Positions 36,279 through 48,117 of a stretch of DNA of 54,850 bases are shown here, piece after piece. The position numbers and the translations under genes were made by a program. The stretch's first letter is position 1, and every line of letters begins with the position of its first letter. The stretch comes from Malacoraja senta (Eukaryota). The stretch lies in contig JAXLNO010000442.1 of assembly GCA_038087875.1 (NCBI GenBank), positions 1 through 54,850 of the forward strand, written 5' to 3'. The notes below the pieces were generated by a model that was not told the DNA's origin, made no database searches, and saw only the letters and a program-made list of their open reading frames with translations.

Positions 36279-36820
36279 TTCAGTGGCACTCCCGTTGCTA
36301 AGTCCATCTTGATGCTGAGAATCATTTGACCACCGCCTCGACTTTGTAAGCCGCACAAAAACTGCGACGAACCAGAGCCTTGACTGGTGGGAGCAAAAAC
36401 AACCAGAGAACAGTACTGACTGAACGTTATAAGATTGAAGATAGACAAAAAATGCTGGAGAAACTCAGCGGGTGAGGCAGCGTCTATGGAGCAAAGGAAA
36501 AGGCAACGTTTCGGGCCGAGACGTCGCCTATTTCCTTCGCTCCATAGATGCTGCCTCACCCGCTGAGTTTCTCCAGCATTTTTGTCCACCTTCGATTTTC
36601 CAGCATCTGCAGTTCCTTCTTAAACGTTATAAGATTGAAATTGGTATACAATCACCAGCCCTTTATGCCCACTTACCGTTCGTATATAATTCTGCAGCTG
36701 ATGTTGCACTGTGTAGAATATTTAATTTTGGTAAATTAGAAAATTATATTGCACTTTTTTTCCGACCTTCCAGAGTACCATCACAGACTAATAAAGCTTT
36801 CTGTTTCCCCCTTTTTTTAG

Positions 36821-36950
36821 CTTCAATCACCCATCGATTGAACCTGTTCTATGTTGCCAACGATGTTATTCAGAATTGCAAAAGGAAAAATGCAATTATA
36901 TTTCGGGATGCTTTCTCAGAGGTCCTAGTAGAAGCAGGTGCACTGGTGAG
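36821..36950 (+). CDS. RPRD2: RPRD2 coding exon 2 (CID)
   Basis: Acceptor cccctttttttag; (S)[42 protein letters not shown]; donor AG|GTAGGT; 130 nt, in frame with exon 1. Confidence 0.96.
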
Positions 36951-37602
36951 GTAGGTGAAGACTTTGTAGGTGTTTTTAATGAAATGCATATTTCTTGCCA
37001 TTCACTTTCAGTGAGTGTGATGACTATGTGTGTGACTTCCCACAGTCTCCATTATGAAGGACGGGGCAGTCATTTATGTTGCAAAGGATGTGTGTTGGGC
37101 AGGACTTTGGCAATCGGAAGCCAGATAAAGGAGTCAAGAGCACCTATAAATTGCTGGTCAAAGATAACCAGATGGAAATGTCCCGCAGGCTGAACATTAT
37201 GCTCACCTGATCTAGTGTATCACTTTTATTGTATCACTTAGAGTAACTTGGGCAGTGGGCAGGTGCTATAGACCTGCACAGGAAGGTTGGGGGGTTGTCA
37301 GTCTGCACTTTTTGCTGCGGTAAGGCCTGGAAAGTAGTTCTGTATTAAAAATAAGTCAACCTATATCTGGAGAAACGTGTGGCCAAATCATAACTGGTTT
37401 GTGGCTCTTAATGAACATCAAAATAAATAGACACGATGAATTAACATTATTGAATCCGATTGCCTTTTTAAAGAAAAATCACTGTATCAGCAAAATAACT
37501 ATTGATGCAAATAATTGACATTAATAATAATTGATCTTCTTCACCATGTGAAGTGCAGTGAACTATTTAATTTATTTAGTGTGTGTATATAAGGATGTTT
37601 TA

Positions 37603-37795
37603 AGGGCCTGTCCCACTTTCACGACCTCTGCCGAGTTTGCCCTTGACTCAAACTCGCAGCATGGTCGTCACGAGGTCGTAGGTGGGTCGTGATGCTAGTC
37701 GTAGGTACTCGTGGCATCAAGTAGGTCGGGGCGTTTATCTAGCCTGATGAAAAATGTCCACGAGTAAAAAAGGTCGTGAAAGTGGGTCAGGCCCT
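37603..37795. mobile_element. MITE, GGGCCTGTCCCACTTTCACGACCT termini (reverse copy at 43058-43272)
   Basis: TIRs and shared interior. Confidence 0.85.
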
Positions 37796-39953
37796 TTTTA
37801 CAGTCCCAGGCTGCCATATTACATTGTTGGTTGAAGCTCCTACACGATCATGTCTAAATGTGTCGCGAGCTATCATGTGTAAATTTGATTGGGACTGGTA
37901 ATGTTTCTCCTGGTTTCTACCCGTCAAGTTAGTGTTGCGTCTATCCTTGTTGCAGTTGTCCTTGGCAAGCTGCTATTGTGCTGACAAACTATAAACATGT
38001 CCCGATATTATGTACGACTGACTGTAAGATGCCCAGGGGGATCTGGCCACAAAATTTGCAGTGATAACCTATCGGCAGCAACTTCTGATTTAAAAGTAAA
38101 AGTTTGACAGTAATTTGTGGAATGCGTACATGCGAAGTTGTTCATTGAAATTCCGTAGCTGCTATCAGAACCGTTGTTGAAGTTAAATTTTCCAATATTT
38201 AAAAAAAAGCACAGTGCTTTGGATATTTGTAAAGTATTGCCATTGCTTGAAATGTCAGAATGTTTCAATGTCATTTAATATAAATGTTTCTTGCCTTGAG
38301 GGTAGTTGATGCCAGTTCATTGGCTATATTTAAGAGGGAGTTAGATGTGGCCCTTGTGGCTAAGGGGATCAGGGGGTATGGAGAGAAGGCAGGTACGGGA
38401 TACTGAGTTGGATGATCAGCCATGATCATATTGAATGGCGGTGCAGGCTCGAAGGGACGAATGGCCTACTCCTGCACCTATTTTCTATGTATCTATGATA
38501 CTGGTTAACATATCTGGTCGAACAAATCTGTGTGTGCAGTGTAATTCTGTCAGATCAGTATTTCATGAATCTGCGTTAAAATTGTTTAATTTTTTTTGTT
38601 TCTATCTTATTCCTGACTATGTCGGATCCAGTAAAAGGCTTAAATGTTTTGTCGAAATTGTGCTGTAGTGTTTTACTTCCCAGTTCACTGTTTGTTGGGA
38701 CACTTCAGTGCTAGGTTGGAATTCCTACACATGTGCTTGGTTGCTCAGTCTGCTTGTTGCTGGGCGTCAGCACATTGCTTTAACTGCAACCTTCCAGCAG
38801 CCAACTTTAGGGGGAAGGTTGATCTCAGAGGTCACTGGAGAGATGTGAACATCGTGGAGGTCAGTGCTGAACCTCGTTATTTGTTGGGAGATGCAAGAAA
38901 CCGCAGCTGCTGGTGTCTTGAGCAAAGAGCAAAGTGCTGGAGGAACTCAATGGGTCAGGCAGCAGCAGTGGAGGGAAATGGCAGAATGAAGAAAGGTCCC
39001 GACCCAAATAGGTCGCCTGTCCGTTCCCTCCACGGATGTTAACTGACCTTCTGAGTTCCCCAAGGTAGACAAAAATGCTGGAGAAACTCAGCGGGTGAGG
39101 CAGCATCTATGGAACGAAGGAATAGGTGACGTTTCGGGTCGAGACCCTTCTTCAGACAAGCAGACTGAGTTCCCCCAGCATTTTTTTCATTTTTTTTTTC
39201 ATTGTTATTTGCTACTAGTTGCAAAATTATTATTTTTTTTCCTGATGTTAATTATTAGGGAAATATTGTAACTTTTCAATTAAAATTGGAAATTGGTGTG
39301 GAGTTCTTGCATCTTTTTCCAAATAAAATGGGTCAGAAACTATTTTAAAAAAAATGTAAGTAAATAGAACATGGGCTAATTTAGTGCAGTGTTATTGATA
39401 CATTTGCACTGAAATGCATTGCAGGTCGGGCAACATTTATAAAGTGAGAAGATGGTTTAAATGTTTTAGTTGTACCCTTATTGGAACTGAGGCCTAAAAG
39501 ATGAGGAGGCATTTTAGCTGGACAAAAATGCTGGAGAAACTCAGCAGGTGAGGCAGCATCTATGGAGCGAAGGAAATAGGCGACGTTTGGGGTCGAGACC
39601 CTTCTTCAGACCTTTTATTTATGGGGAGGCATTTTAGGAATGTGTAGAGTAGGGGAAATGGAAATATACGGGCAGCGATCGGTGGACGCATCAATTGCCT
39701 ACATGGATTGGTCAGTTTCCAAAGAGCATAATGGAGAGTAACTGGGTATGAAGAAGGGTCTCGACCCGAAACGTCACCTATTCCTTCGTTCCATAGATGC
39801 TGCCTCACCCGCTGAGTTTCTCCAGCATTTTTGTCTAACTGGGTATGAAAGATCATTGAGTAATCATCGATCATTGAGCATTCCCTCTCTCTCTCTCTCC
39901 ATCCCTCCCCTACCCAAGTCGTACATGTTTGAAAGTCGTCTTGTTGAGTCTGA

Positions 39954-40125
39954 AGAGCCTGTCCCACTTGGGCGTCATTTGCGCGTAATTTACACGACAT
40001 CATTTGCGCGCATGGTGCGCATTACGCGTGCGTGGTGACGTAGGCAGTGACGCCAGGCGCCCCAGGATTTTGGATGTACCAAATCTTCGCGCGCCATCTG
40101 CTTGACGCGCAAATGGGACAGTCCT
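39954..40125. mobile_element. MITE, diverged member of the CCTGTCCCAC-TIR group
   Basis: GCCTGTCCCACTTGGGCGTCA...TGACGCGCAAATGGGACAG. Confidence 0.7.
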
Positions 40126-40921
40126 TTCATTGTCTGTAATTCTCACCCAGCCCACAGCTAACAATGGCCTGTTTCCTTTATTATTATTACCTTTTTGCAG
40201 ATCTTTCATTCATTTGTTCTAGATCTGTCTCCATCACCGTCTATATCTCTTGTCTCCCTCTCCCCAGACTCTCAGTCTGAAGAAGGGTCCCGTCCCGAAA
40301 CGTCACCCATTCCTTTTCTCCACAGATGAGTAGGTTACATGTAGGAAGGAACTGGAACTGCAGATGCTGGTTTAAACCGAAAATAGACACAGAAAGCTGG
40401 AGTAACTCAGCGGGACAGACAGCATCTCTGGAGAAACGGAATAGGTGAAGTTTCGGGTCGAGATCCTTCTTCAGACTAAGATGACCTTCTTCCTCAGAAG
40501 GTTATCGTCTGTTTAACCCAAGAGTTCACACGCTGGGGAAGCAGGGTGGGGGAAATGGCCAACATTGGATGTTAGCAGGGAAATAAATAGAGGTGTCATG
40601 GCACAGCTAGCGTAGGTAGGGTAAACACTGGAGGTTGTAAATAATAGAATTAATAAACCCAGCTGAACAACAGGCTTCTTACCCATTGAGGGGGAATAGT
40701 TAGTTGTTCACAGTTGTGTTAAGATTTTTATCTGTTACAACTGATTGACATCTATGGAGGAGAGATTTTCTTCTTTTTTTTTTGTGACATAAATATACAT
40801 TTTAATGGGATCATTATATACAGATGTAACATTTCCATTTCGAGATCGGGGGGGGTTTGGGGGCAAATATGCGTCAAGCCGATAGCCTAATCGTTAAAGA
40901 GTTAAAAGATAGCCTAATCGA

Positions 40922-41205
40922 TAAAGAGCTGAGAAGAAGAATCAGAGCTGCTAAGGAAAGGTACTCTGAGAAGTTGAGGAGCCAGTTCTCAGCGAGTGAC
41001 TCTTCTTCGGTTTGGAAGGGCATGCAAGAAATCACCAGCTACAAGAGGAAAGCCCCCCCCCCCAGCTCTTTGGACAATCGTCAGCTGAAAGAACGACCTG
41101 AATGAGTTTTACTGCAGGTTTGAAAATCAGAAATGTAACCCTGGTACCCTCTTCCCCAACAAACACAGCCAGACCCCAGTCTGCAAAGAATGGACCCTGC
41201 ACTCA
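40922..41205 (+). mobile_element. Rex1/Babar-like internal ORF fragment
   Basis: LRRRIRAAKERYSEKLRSQFSASDSSSVWKGMQEITSYKRK. Confidence 0.7.
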
Positions 41206-41373
41206 GGAGAGATTTTCAAGGTGACAGGGTCTGGGTATAGTTCAAAATCCCCTCTTACACAAACTCAAATACATTTTACTATGAATGATCAAGTTTCGCA
41301 AGCTGAACAATCTGTTGTGATTCCAAACCAGAACCGATTCACACATGGTTGTTTACTTTTTGACGTTCTTTAG

Positions 41374-41474
41374 GGATCCTTCTATTCGTAAATCGGTGGA
41401 CCGGATATTTACAATATGGGAGCAGAGGAGTGTCTATCCTGAGGAACTGATTGTGGATCTCCGTGCTGCTCTCG
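41374..41474 (+). CDS. RPRD2: RPRD2 coding exon 3 (end of CID)
   Basis: Acceptor ttctttag; (R)DPSIRKSVDRIFTIWEQRSVYPEELIVDLRAAL; donor G|GTAAGG; 101 nt, in frame. Confidence 0.96.
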
Positions 41475-41989
41475 GTAAGGCAACCCGTGCAAAAAACGAC
41501 ATATTTTGTGTGACATCTTCTAATCGACAGAAAACGGGTGATCATTACCCTAAGCAGCGGTATGTTTAAGAAGGAACTGCAGATGCTGGACAATCGAAGG
41601 TAGACAAAAATGCTGGAGGAACTCAGCGGGTGAGGCAGCATCTATGGAGCGAAGGAATAGGTGACAGGTCTGTCTGCCTCACCCGCTGAGTTCCTCCAGC
41701 ATTTTTGTCCACCTAAGCAGCGGTATCATCTGTTGTTGAAGAGTCAGGTGGACCATGTTGTTACCTTTATTTAGCCTCTGTATCATCCCTTTAGTTTTTT
41801 AGACAAGGTAGATCAGTGACCATGAAGGATATGAGTGGTCTCCAGCCTTGTTGGACATCTAGTAGTTTATTCATTTGTTGGAAGCTCTGCATTCACTCCA
41901 CTGTCGTGAAGTGTTAATCCAGTTTGTTTATTAAATATCAGTTTCGAGCTTTTCCCGCAACTTTTTGATGAGCTGCACATCACCAAGAA

Positions 41990-42442
41990 ACTTGGCTCGG
42001 CGATCGCTTGGCCCAACACCTCTGCTCTGTTCGCAATAACCAACCTGATCTCCCTGTGGCTCAGCACTTCAACTCCCCCTCCCATTCCCAATCCCAATCC
42101 GACTTTTCTGTCCTGGGCCTCCTCCATGGCCAGAGTGAGGCCCACCGTAAATTGGAGGAGCAGCACCTCATATTTCGCTTGGGCAGTTTACACCCCAGTG
42201 GTATGAACATTGACTTCTCCAATTTCAGGTAGTCCCTGCTTTCTCCCTCCTTCCCAGCTCACCCACAGCCCACTGTCTCCGCCTCTTCCTTTCAACTTCC
42301 CGCCTCTTCCTTTCAACTTCCCGCCCCCCCACCCCACCCCCACATCAGTCTGAAGAAGGGTCTCGACCCAAAACGTCGCCTATTTCCTTCGCTCCATAGA
42401 TGCTGCCTCACCCGCTGAGTTTCTCCAGCATTTTTGTCTACC
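41990..42442 (+). mobile_element. Penelope-like element 3' end: GIY-YIG endonuclease C-terminus plus hammerhead-bearing terminal repeat
   Basis: AQHLCSVRNNQPDLPVAQHFNSPSH...RKLEEQHLIFRLGSLHPSGMN followed by CTGAAGAAGGGTCTCGACCCAAAACGTC. Confidence 0.88.
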
Positions 42443-43057
42443 AAAGCATCACGCTCCTTTGCGATACTGCATTATAAAACTCTGAATCTCACCTGAATAA
42501 AATTCCCGTGGAGGCCACCCCACATTTGAAGCCTGCTTTTTTTGTGGTTACTCATAGTTAACTAGGTGAAGCTTATGTGCACAATCTACACAACACTTGC
42601 AAAGTGTGTACCTTGTGTAATGATGTAGCGACAAAATCTAGTGAAGTGCGCATTGTGGGAAGGATAGTGAAGATAGTTAAGCTGCAATGTCCATCTCTGT
42701 GCAATAAATCAACATAATTGTAAGTTAACGTTTAAAGTGTAGGGGCTTTCATTAACTTTCTCTAACTTCAAGTAACCCTTGCATTCCCTCTCTCACCATC
42801 CCTCCTCCTCCCTAGTACTTTTGCTAATTTCACCGTTTGTATTCCTTCGTTATCACCTGGTCCGCAGCCAACAATGGACCTTTGTGGGTTTCACCCTTCC
42901 TGGGCCGTGAGTGCCGGCTCTGATTTGTCCTGTGCCTTTTCATACCTCCAGTTTCCCTGTCCCTGTCCCCGGCCGGACTCTCAGCCTGAAGAAGGGTCTC
43001 AACCCGAAACGCCACCTGTTCCTTCTCTCCAGAGATGCTGCCTGACTTGCTGAGTTA

Positions 43058-43272
43058 TGGGCCTGTCCCACTTTCACGACCTAATTCACGACCTTTTTTA
43101 ATCGTGGACATTTTTCATCATGTCGAAAAAACGCCCCGACCTACTTGATGCCACGAGTACCTACGACTAGCATCATGACCTACCTACGACCTCCTACGGC
43201 CTCGTGACGACCATGCTGCGAGTATGAGTCAAGGGCAAACTCGGCAGAGGTCGTGAAAGTGGGACAGGTCCT
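43058..43272. mobile_element. MITE inserted in a Penelope-derived repeat
   Basis: TIRs; host GCTGAGTTA...CTCCAGCA resumes afterwards. Confidence 0.87.
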
Positions 43273-43769
43273 TAACTCCAGCATTTTCTGTCCATCTGCT
43301 TTCCTGCAGGTTGTGGGACAGTTTTGCTTTCCCATTTCACCTTTATAAAAAAATTTTAAAAAAAGGACTTAAAAAAAAAAAAAAAGGTACCTGCAATTAA
43401 AAGAGAATATGTCAAGGAAGTAAAGTGACCGTTTGCAGAAAAATCATCAAACGTGGAACATGAGCACTCTCTACCGATGCTGCCCAATTGACTTAGTGTG
43501 TCGGAAGGAACTGGTTTAAACCGAAGATAGACACAAAAAGCTGGAGTAACTCAGCGGGACAGGCAGCATCTCTGGAGAGAAGGAATGTGTGACCTGAAGA
43601 AGGGTCTCGACCTGAAACGTCACCCATTCCTTCTCCCCAGAGATGCTGCTGGTCCCGCTGAGTTACTCCAGATATTTTGTGTCTATCTCCGATTAAACCA
43701 TCATCTGCAGTTCCTTCCTGCACAAGGTTTGGAGAGAACTGGACCAGACTTGACCTTACTGTTGCTTTC

Positions 43770-45140
43770 CGGCTTTTTGCCGACCAGCAATCCCCACACA
43801 CTTCCACTTCCCCTACACGCATCAGGGACAATTCACAATTATACCACACCAATTAATAGCAATGTTACAAAATTTTGAGATTTTAAAAATAAAGTCTGCA
43901 ATTTATCCCATCAGATAAAGCATAAAAAGAAGTTTAATTTGACACCTAATTCACTTTCATATCTTCAATATTAAAGAAGTTATGGCCATTTTCATACTCG
44001 GAAATTAACATCTTGTTCCCTATTGCTTTTCCATTGACTTAACACAAAAGCTGTGATCGAGGACAGTTAAAAGCCCATAACTTTCTTAAAAATTAAGATA
44101 ACTGAAAGAAATTTTCAGTTATTATAGATTGAAGCATTCTGAAACAAATATGAAACAATCTTACTTAGAAGACATGAAAGTAAAGCATATAATTAGTTAG
44201 TTACCTAATTGTAGCTAATTACAAAATTCAATTACTAGATCTAAACATCTATCAATTTCTTAATAATAGATTAACATTTTGAAATAGCCTAAGTGTCCAA
44301 ATAACATTCACACAATAATTCACAATATAACATAATTTTTAAATCTCATTTTCATGAATTTACAGGCCAAATGGAAGGAATTGAATGTTTAATACCTGTA
44401 AATTAATGGGCATTTAAATCATCTTGTGAGTGAGGATTTCTGGAACGCGATCTTTTGGAACGTTCATTTGCGGTGAATTTAACCCCGTATTGGCATGAAA
44501 AATACTGCCGTTAGTTCGGGGAATAAAATCACCGTTTCGCATGAAAAAATGTGAATTAAAGGCTTCTTAAGAAGCACTTTTATACATTTAAAGAAACCAC
44601 TTTCGTTTACCTGTCCCGTGTGTGAAATCCGTCCCCGTTATCGGCGTTGACGCTTCAGGAGCTGCTTTTAAAATTACTCCAGCGCTGACATTGACGATTT
44701 AATAAAAATAAAAAATTCACAAAACGCCACTAGGAACGATTTTTCAGCAAAAGGTTGTACTCCAACGAAATATAATTCAGGACAAGGGAGGAGAAATCGT
44801 GTTTTAACCCCGCCCCCCCCCCCCCCCCTTAAAGGCGCCAAAATCGCGCACACGGCCAGTGGCAGAATTGCAGCGCGACTGAAGGTAAGTATTGTAACAT
44901 ACCTACAATTAACCTACAAACCTGTACGTCTTTGGAGTGTGGGAGGAAACCGGAGCGCCCGGAGAAAACCCACGCAGGTCGAAGGACAAAGGACATTTAT
45001 TGTCACATACACCAAATGGTGTAGTGAAACCGCTCAGGTCACGGGAAGAACGTACAAACTCCGCACAGACAGCACCCGTAGTCAGGATCGAATCCGGATC
45101 TTGGGCGCTGTGAGGCAGCAACTCTACAGCTGCGCCACCC
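43770..45140 (-). mobile_element. HE1-like (V-SINE) tRNA-derived SINE, split by the 43857-44905 insertion; other copies at ~2040-2217, 15835-16066, 51983-52132, 53580-53857, 54388-54530
   Basis: GGTGGCGCAGCTGTAGAG A box, GATTCGATCCTG B-box-like, core GGTTTCCTCCCACACTCCAAAGAC. Confidence 0.75.
43857..44905. mobile_element. 1049-bp non-autonomous DNA element, 7-bp TSD, inserted in an HE1-like SINE
   Basis: CAATTAA at 43850-43856 and 44906-44912; termini TAGCAATGTTACAA / TTGTAACATACCTA. Confidence 0.82.
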
Positions 45141-45367
45141 TAAAGGTGTTTAGAGAGGTGTTCTATTTCAGGCCCTCATCACCAGCGATGATGATTAATA
45201 CAGGGCCCAGATGTTTTACGACTGTACGTTTTTAATAGTTAGCACTTCTCTTAACTGCAAATTGCAAACAAATAATAAAAGTGAAATCTGGAGCGGTTGT
45301 CACAAGAAGACTTCAGACTCGGCAAGCACAAAATTCACTATTTCTCACTTGTTTCCATTCATTTTAG

Positions 45368-45406
45368 TTGGACGAAAGACAGCTGACTTCACAAAAGTGA
45401 AACCAG
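45368..45406 (+). CDS. RPRD2: Candidate 39-nt frame-preserving cassette exon of RPRD2 ((V)GRKTADFTKVKP)
   Basis: Pyrimidine-rich acceptor tttctcacttgtttccattcattttag, donor CAG|GTATGG, phase 1-1, no stop, non-repetitive context; no homology recognised. Confidence 0.5.
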
Positions 45407-46007
45407 GTATGGATAAAACTTCTGGCAGGAGGGAAGGTGTATTCAAAATCTGATTATTGACTAAACTATTGAATATATGGAGACGTTGTCTACTGTTGTT
45501 GTTTCAGCTTACTCTTGAAGCTGACAAACAAACTCTTATTTTGGGCCATGTAGGATACTGTGGGTCTTGCTCTTTCACTGCAAGGCAGTTTTGTCTGCCA
45601 CTGAAATGTCTATCGCTATAGTTAATGAATTAAAATGTTAGTGATTAGTTGATCATTAAGTTGTGAGCTGTGTCGTGTGCCGTTTAATCTTTGGTTCCTG
45701 GTATCCTGGTTCTCCAAAAGATTCCAAATGGAATTTAAACTGGAGGTGGTGGAGGGAGGACTGAAGCCAGAAAGGGTTCTTGGGAAGAAAGAGCTACCTT
45801 AAATTTAGTTGCATCTGGTTCGGTAACTATGGTAGGGTGAAGACTATTCCATGCTTGAATTGTGCCTTCACTGAGAAACTGCTCATTCCCGAATTCCACT
45901 GCCCTGAACATCTACAGATTTCTTCGAAACCACTTGAGTTACTGCGTTTTTTTTCTAACTGATGTACACCAAGAGAAATCAATAGAAATAATATAGAATT
46001 GTCGCTT

Positions 46008-46522
46008 CAATAGACAATAGACAATAGGTGCAGGAGTAGGTCATTTGGCCCTTCGTTCAATGTGATCATGGCTGATCATCCCCAATCAGTACCCCGTTCC
46101 TGCCTTTTCCCCATATCCCCTGACTCCGCTATCTTTAGAAACATAGAAACATAGAAAATAGGTGCAGGAGTAGAGGTCATTCGGTCCTTCGAGCCTGCTC
46201 CGCCATTCAATATGATCATGGCTGATCATCCAACTCCGTATCCTGTACCTGCCTTCTGTCCATACCCCCTGATCCCTTTAGCCACAAGGGCCAAGATACT
46301 TTAAGAGCCCTATCTAGCTCTCTCTTGAAAGTATCCAGAGAACCTGCCTCCACCGCCCTCTGAGGCAGAGAATTCCACAGACTCACCACTCTCTGTGAGA
46401 CAAAGTGTTTCCTCGTCTCCGTTCTAAATGGCTTACTCCTTATTCTTAAACTGTGTGTGCGGCCCCTGGTTCTGGACTCCCCCGACATCGGGAACATGTT
46501 TCTTGCCTCTAGCGTGTCCAAG
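46008..46522 (-). mobile_element. CR1-like 3' end with a second CR1 subfamily 3' end nested at ~46136-46293
   Basis: Two CR1 tails in series; the outer copy resumes at TTTAAGAGCCC. Confidence 0.82.
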
Positions 46523-47323
46523 CTTCATCTCGGTTCTTGTTCGCATTCAACTTCCAAAAGACAGGCACTTCGTGGATCCCCTTCTAAATGTCCCTATACC
46601 AGCCAAAGGATGGGCAGGGTTGGGGAAGATGCAGGGGGTTGGATATTCCCCTGGGAATTGGGTGGCGGGATGTTTGGGATGGGGTGACTTTGACCATGGT
46701 GCCAGTGTCGACTTTCGTCCGGGCCGCTCCAGAAGTTGCAGCGCGGATGGTTGGGAGCGTTGGGGAGCGCGGATCTGGGTCCGTTATCTTCTTCCGTCAC
46801 ACTCCAGTGGGGGCAGTTGCAGGATACCTACTACACTGTGGCCCAGGAGACTTGCGCCTGAGAGCTTCTGCAGAGACTTCAGATTCAGATTCAACTTTAT
46901 TGTCATTGTGCAGTGTACAGTACAGAGACAACAAAATGCAGTTAGCATCTCCCTAGAAGAGCGACATAAATACGATCAATAAATAAATCGAATAATCCTG
47001 GTGGGAGGAGTGTCCGGGGGTGGGGTGATTGGCAGTCACCGAGGTACAGTGTTGAGTAGTGTAACAGCCGCAGGAAGAAGCTGTTCCTGGACCTGCTAGT
47101 CCGGCAACGGAGAGACCTGTAGCGCCTCCGGATGGTAGGAGGGTAAACAGTCTGTGGTTGGGGTGAGAGCATCGCTGCGTGGCATTCAAACCACAGGCAC
47201 TAGACTCTTGCAGTCAGGGAGAATCACAGCTGAGCCCTGAGACCTAACTGCTTCATTCTTTTATTACTCTTTCAGTTTTGATTTCTGTGACCATATGCTC
47301 TTATTTTAGTTGCTAGAGATATT

Positions 47324-47872
47324 CATAGAAACATAGAAAATAGGTGCAGGAGTAGGCCATTCGGTCCTTCGAGCCTGCACGCCATTCAATATGATCATGG
47401 CTGATCATCCAACTCAGTAACCTGTACCTGCCTTCTCTCCATTCCCCCTGATCCCTTTAGCCACACAAGGGCCACATCTAACTCCCTCTTAAATATAGCC
47501 AATGAACTGGCCTCAACTACCTTCTGTGGCAGAGAGTTCCAGAGATTCACCACTCTGTGTGAAAAATGTTTTTCTCATCTCGGTCCGAAAAGATTTCCCC
47601 CTTATCCTTAAACTGTGACCCTTGTTCTGGACTTCCCCAACATCGGGAACAATCTTCCTGCATCTAGCCTGTCCAACCCCTTAAGAATTTTGTAAGTTTC
47701 TATAAGATCCCCCCTCAATCTTCTAAATTCTAGCGGGTACAAGCCGAGTCTATCCAGTCTTTCTTCATATGAAAGTCCTGCCATCCCAGGAATCAGTCTG
47801 GTGAACCTTCTCTGTACTCCCTCTATGGCAAGAATGTCCTTCCTCAGATTAGGAGACCAAAACCGTACGCAA
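47324..47872 (-). mobile_element. CR1-like LINE, 5'-truncated, flanked by a 40-bp direct duplication
   Basis: ORF 47608-47883; duplication at 47284-47323 and 47873-47912. Confidence 0.92.
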
Positions 47873-48064
47873 TCTGTGACCATATGCTCTTATTTTAGTT
47901 GCTAGAGATATTTACCCCGGAGACATCTTTGAGAGACACTTGTATTGTAGGTGCTCATTGTTACAAATGAGTGAAGCATTAATTACTGCAACGTTTACCT
48001 GTGCTGCAATGGAGCTGCAGCATGCATAGCTGACGACATCTATCTCTCTTTCTTTCCCCCACAG

Positions 48065-48117
48065 TGAGCAATAAAACGAGAGTTGTCGTGAAATCCAAGA
48101 TACTTGCTGAATTCAGG
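48065..48117 (+). CDS. RPRD2: RPRD2 coding exon (linker, 53 nt)
   Basis: Acceptor tctttcccccacag; (V)SNKTRVVVKSKILAEFR matches RPRD2 KSKIVAEFR; donor AGG|GTGAGT. Confidence 0.92.

Noticed and set aside
42349..42380. Hammerhead copy directly after the GIY-YIG ORF as an active ribozyme
   Set aside because: GAAA box reads AAAA (loss of conserved G12), so probably inactive
45185..45290. Possible C/D snoRNA from ATGATGA
   Set aside because: No suitably placed D box (CTGA) or terminal stem
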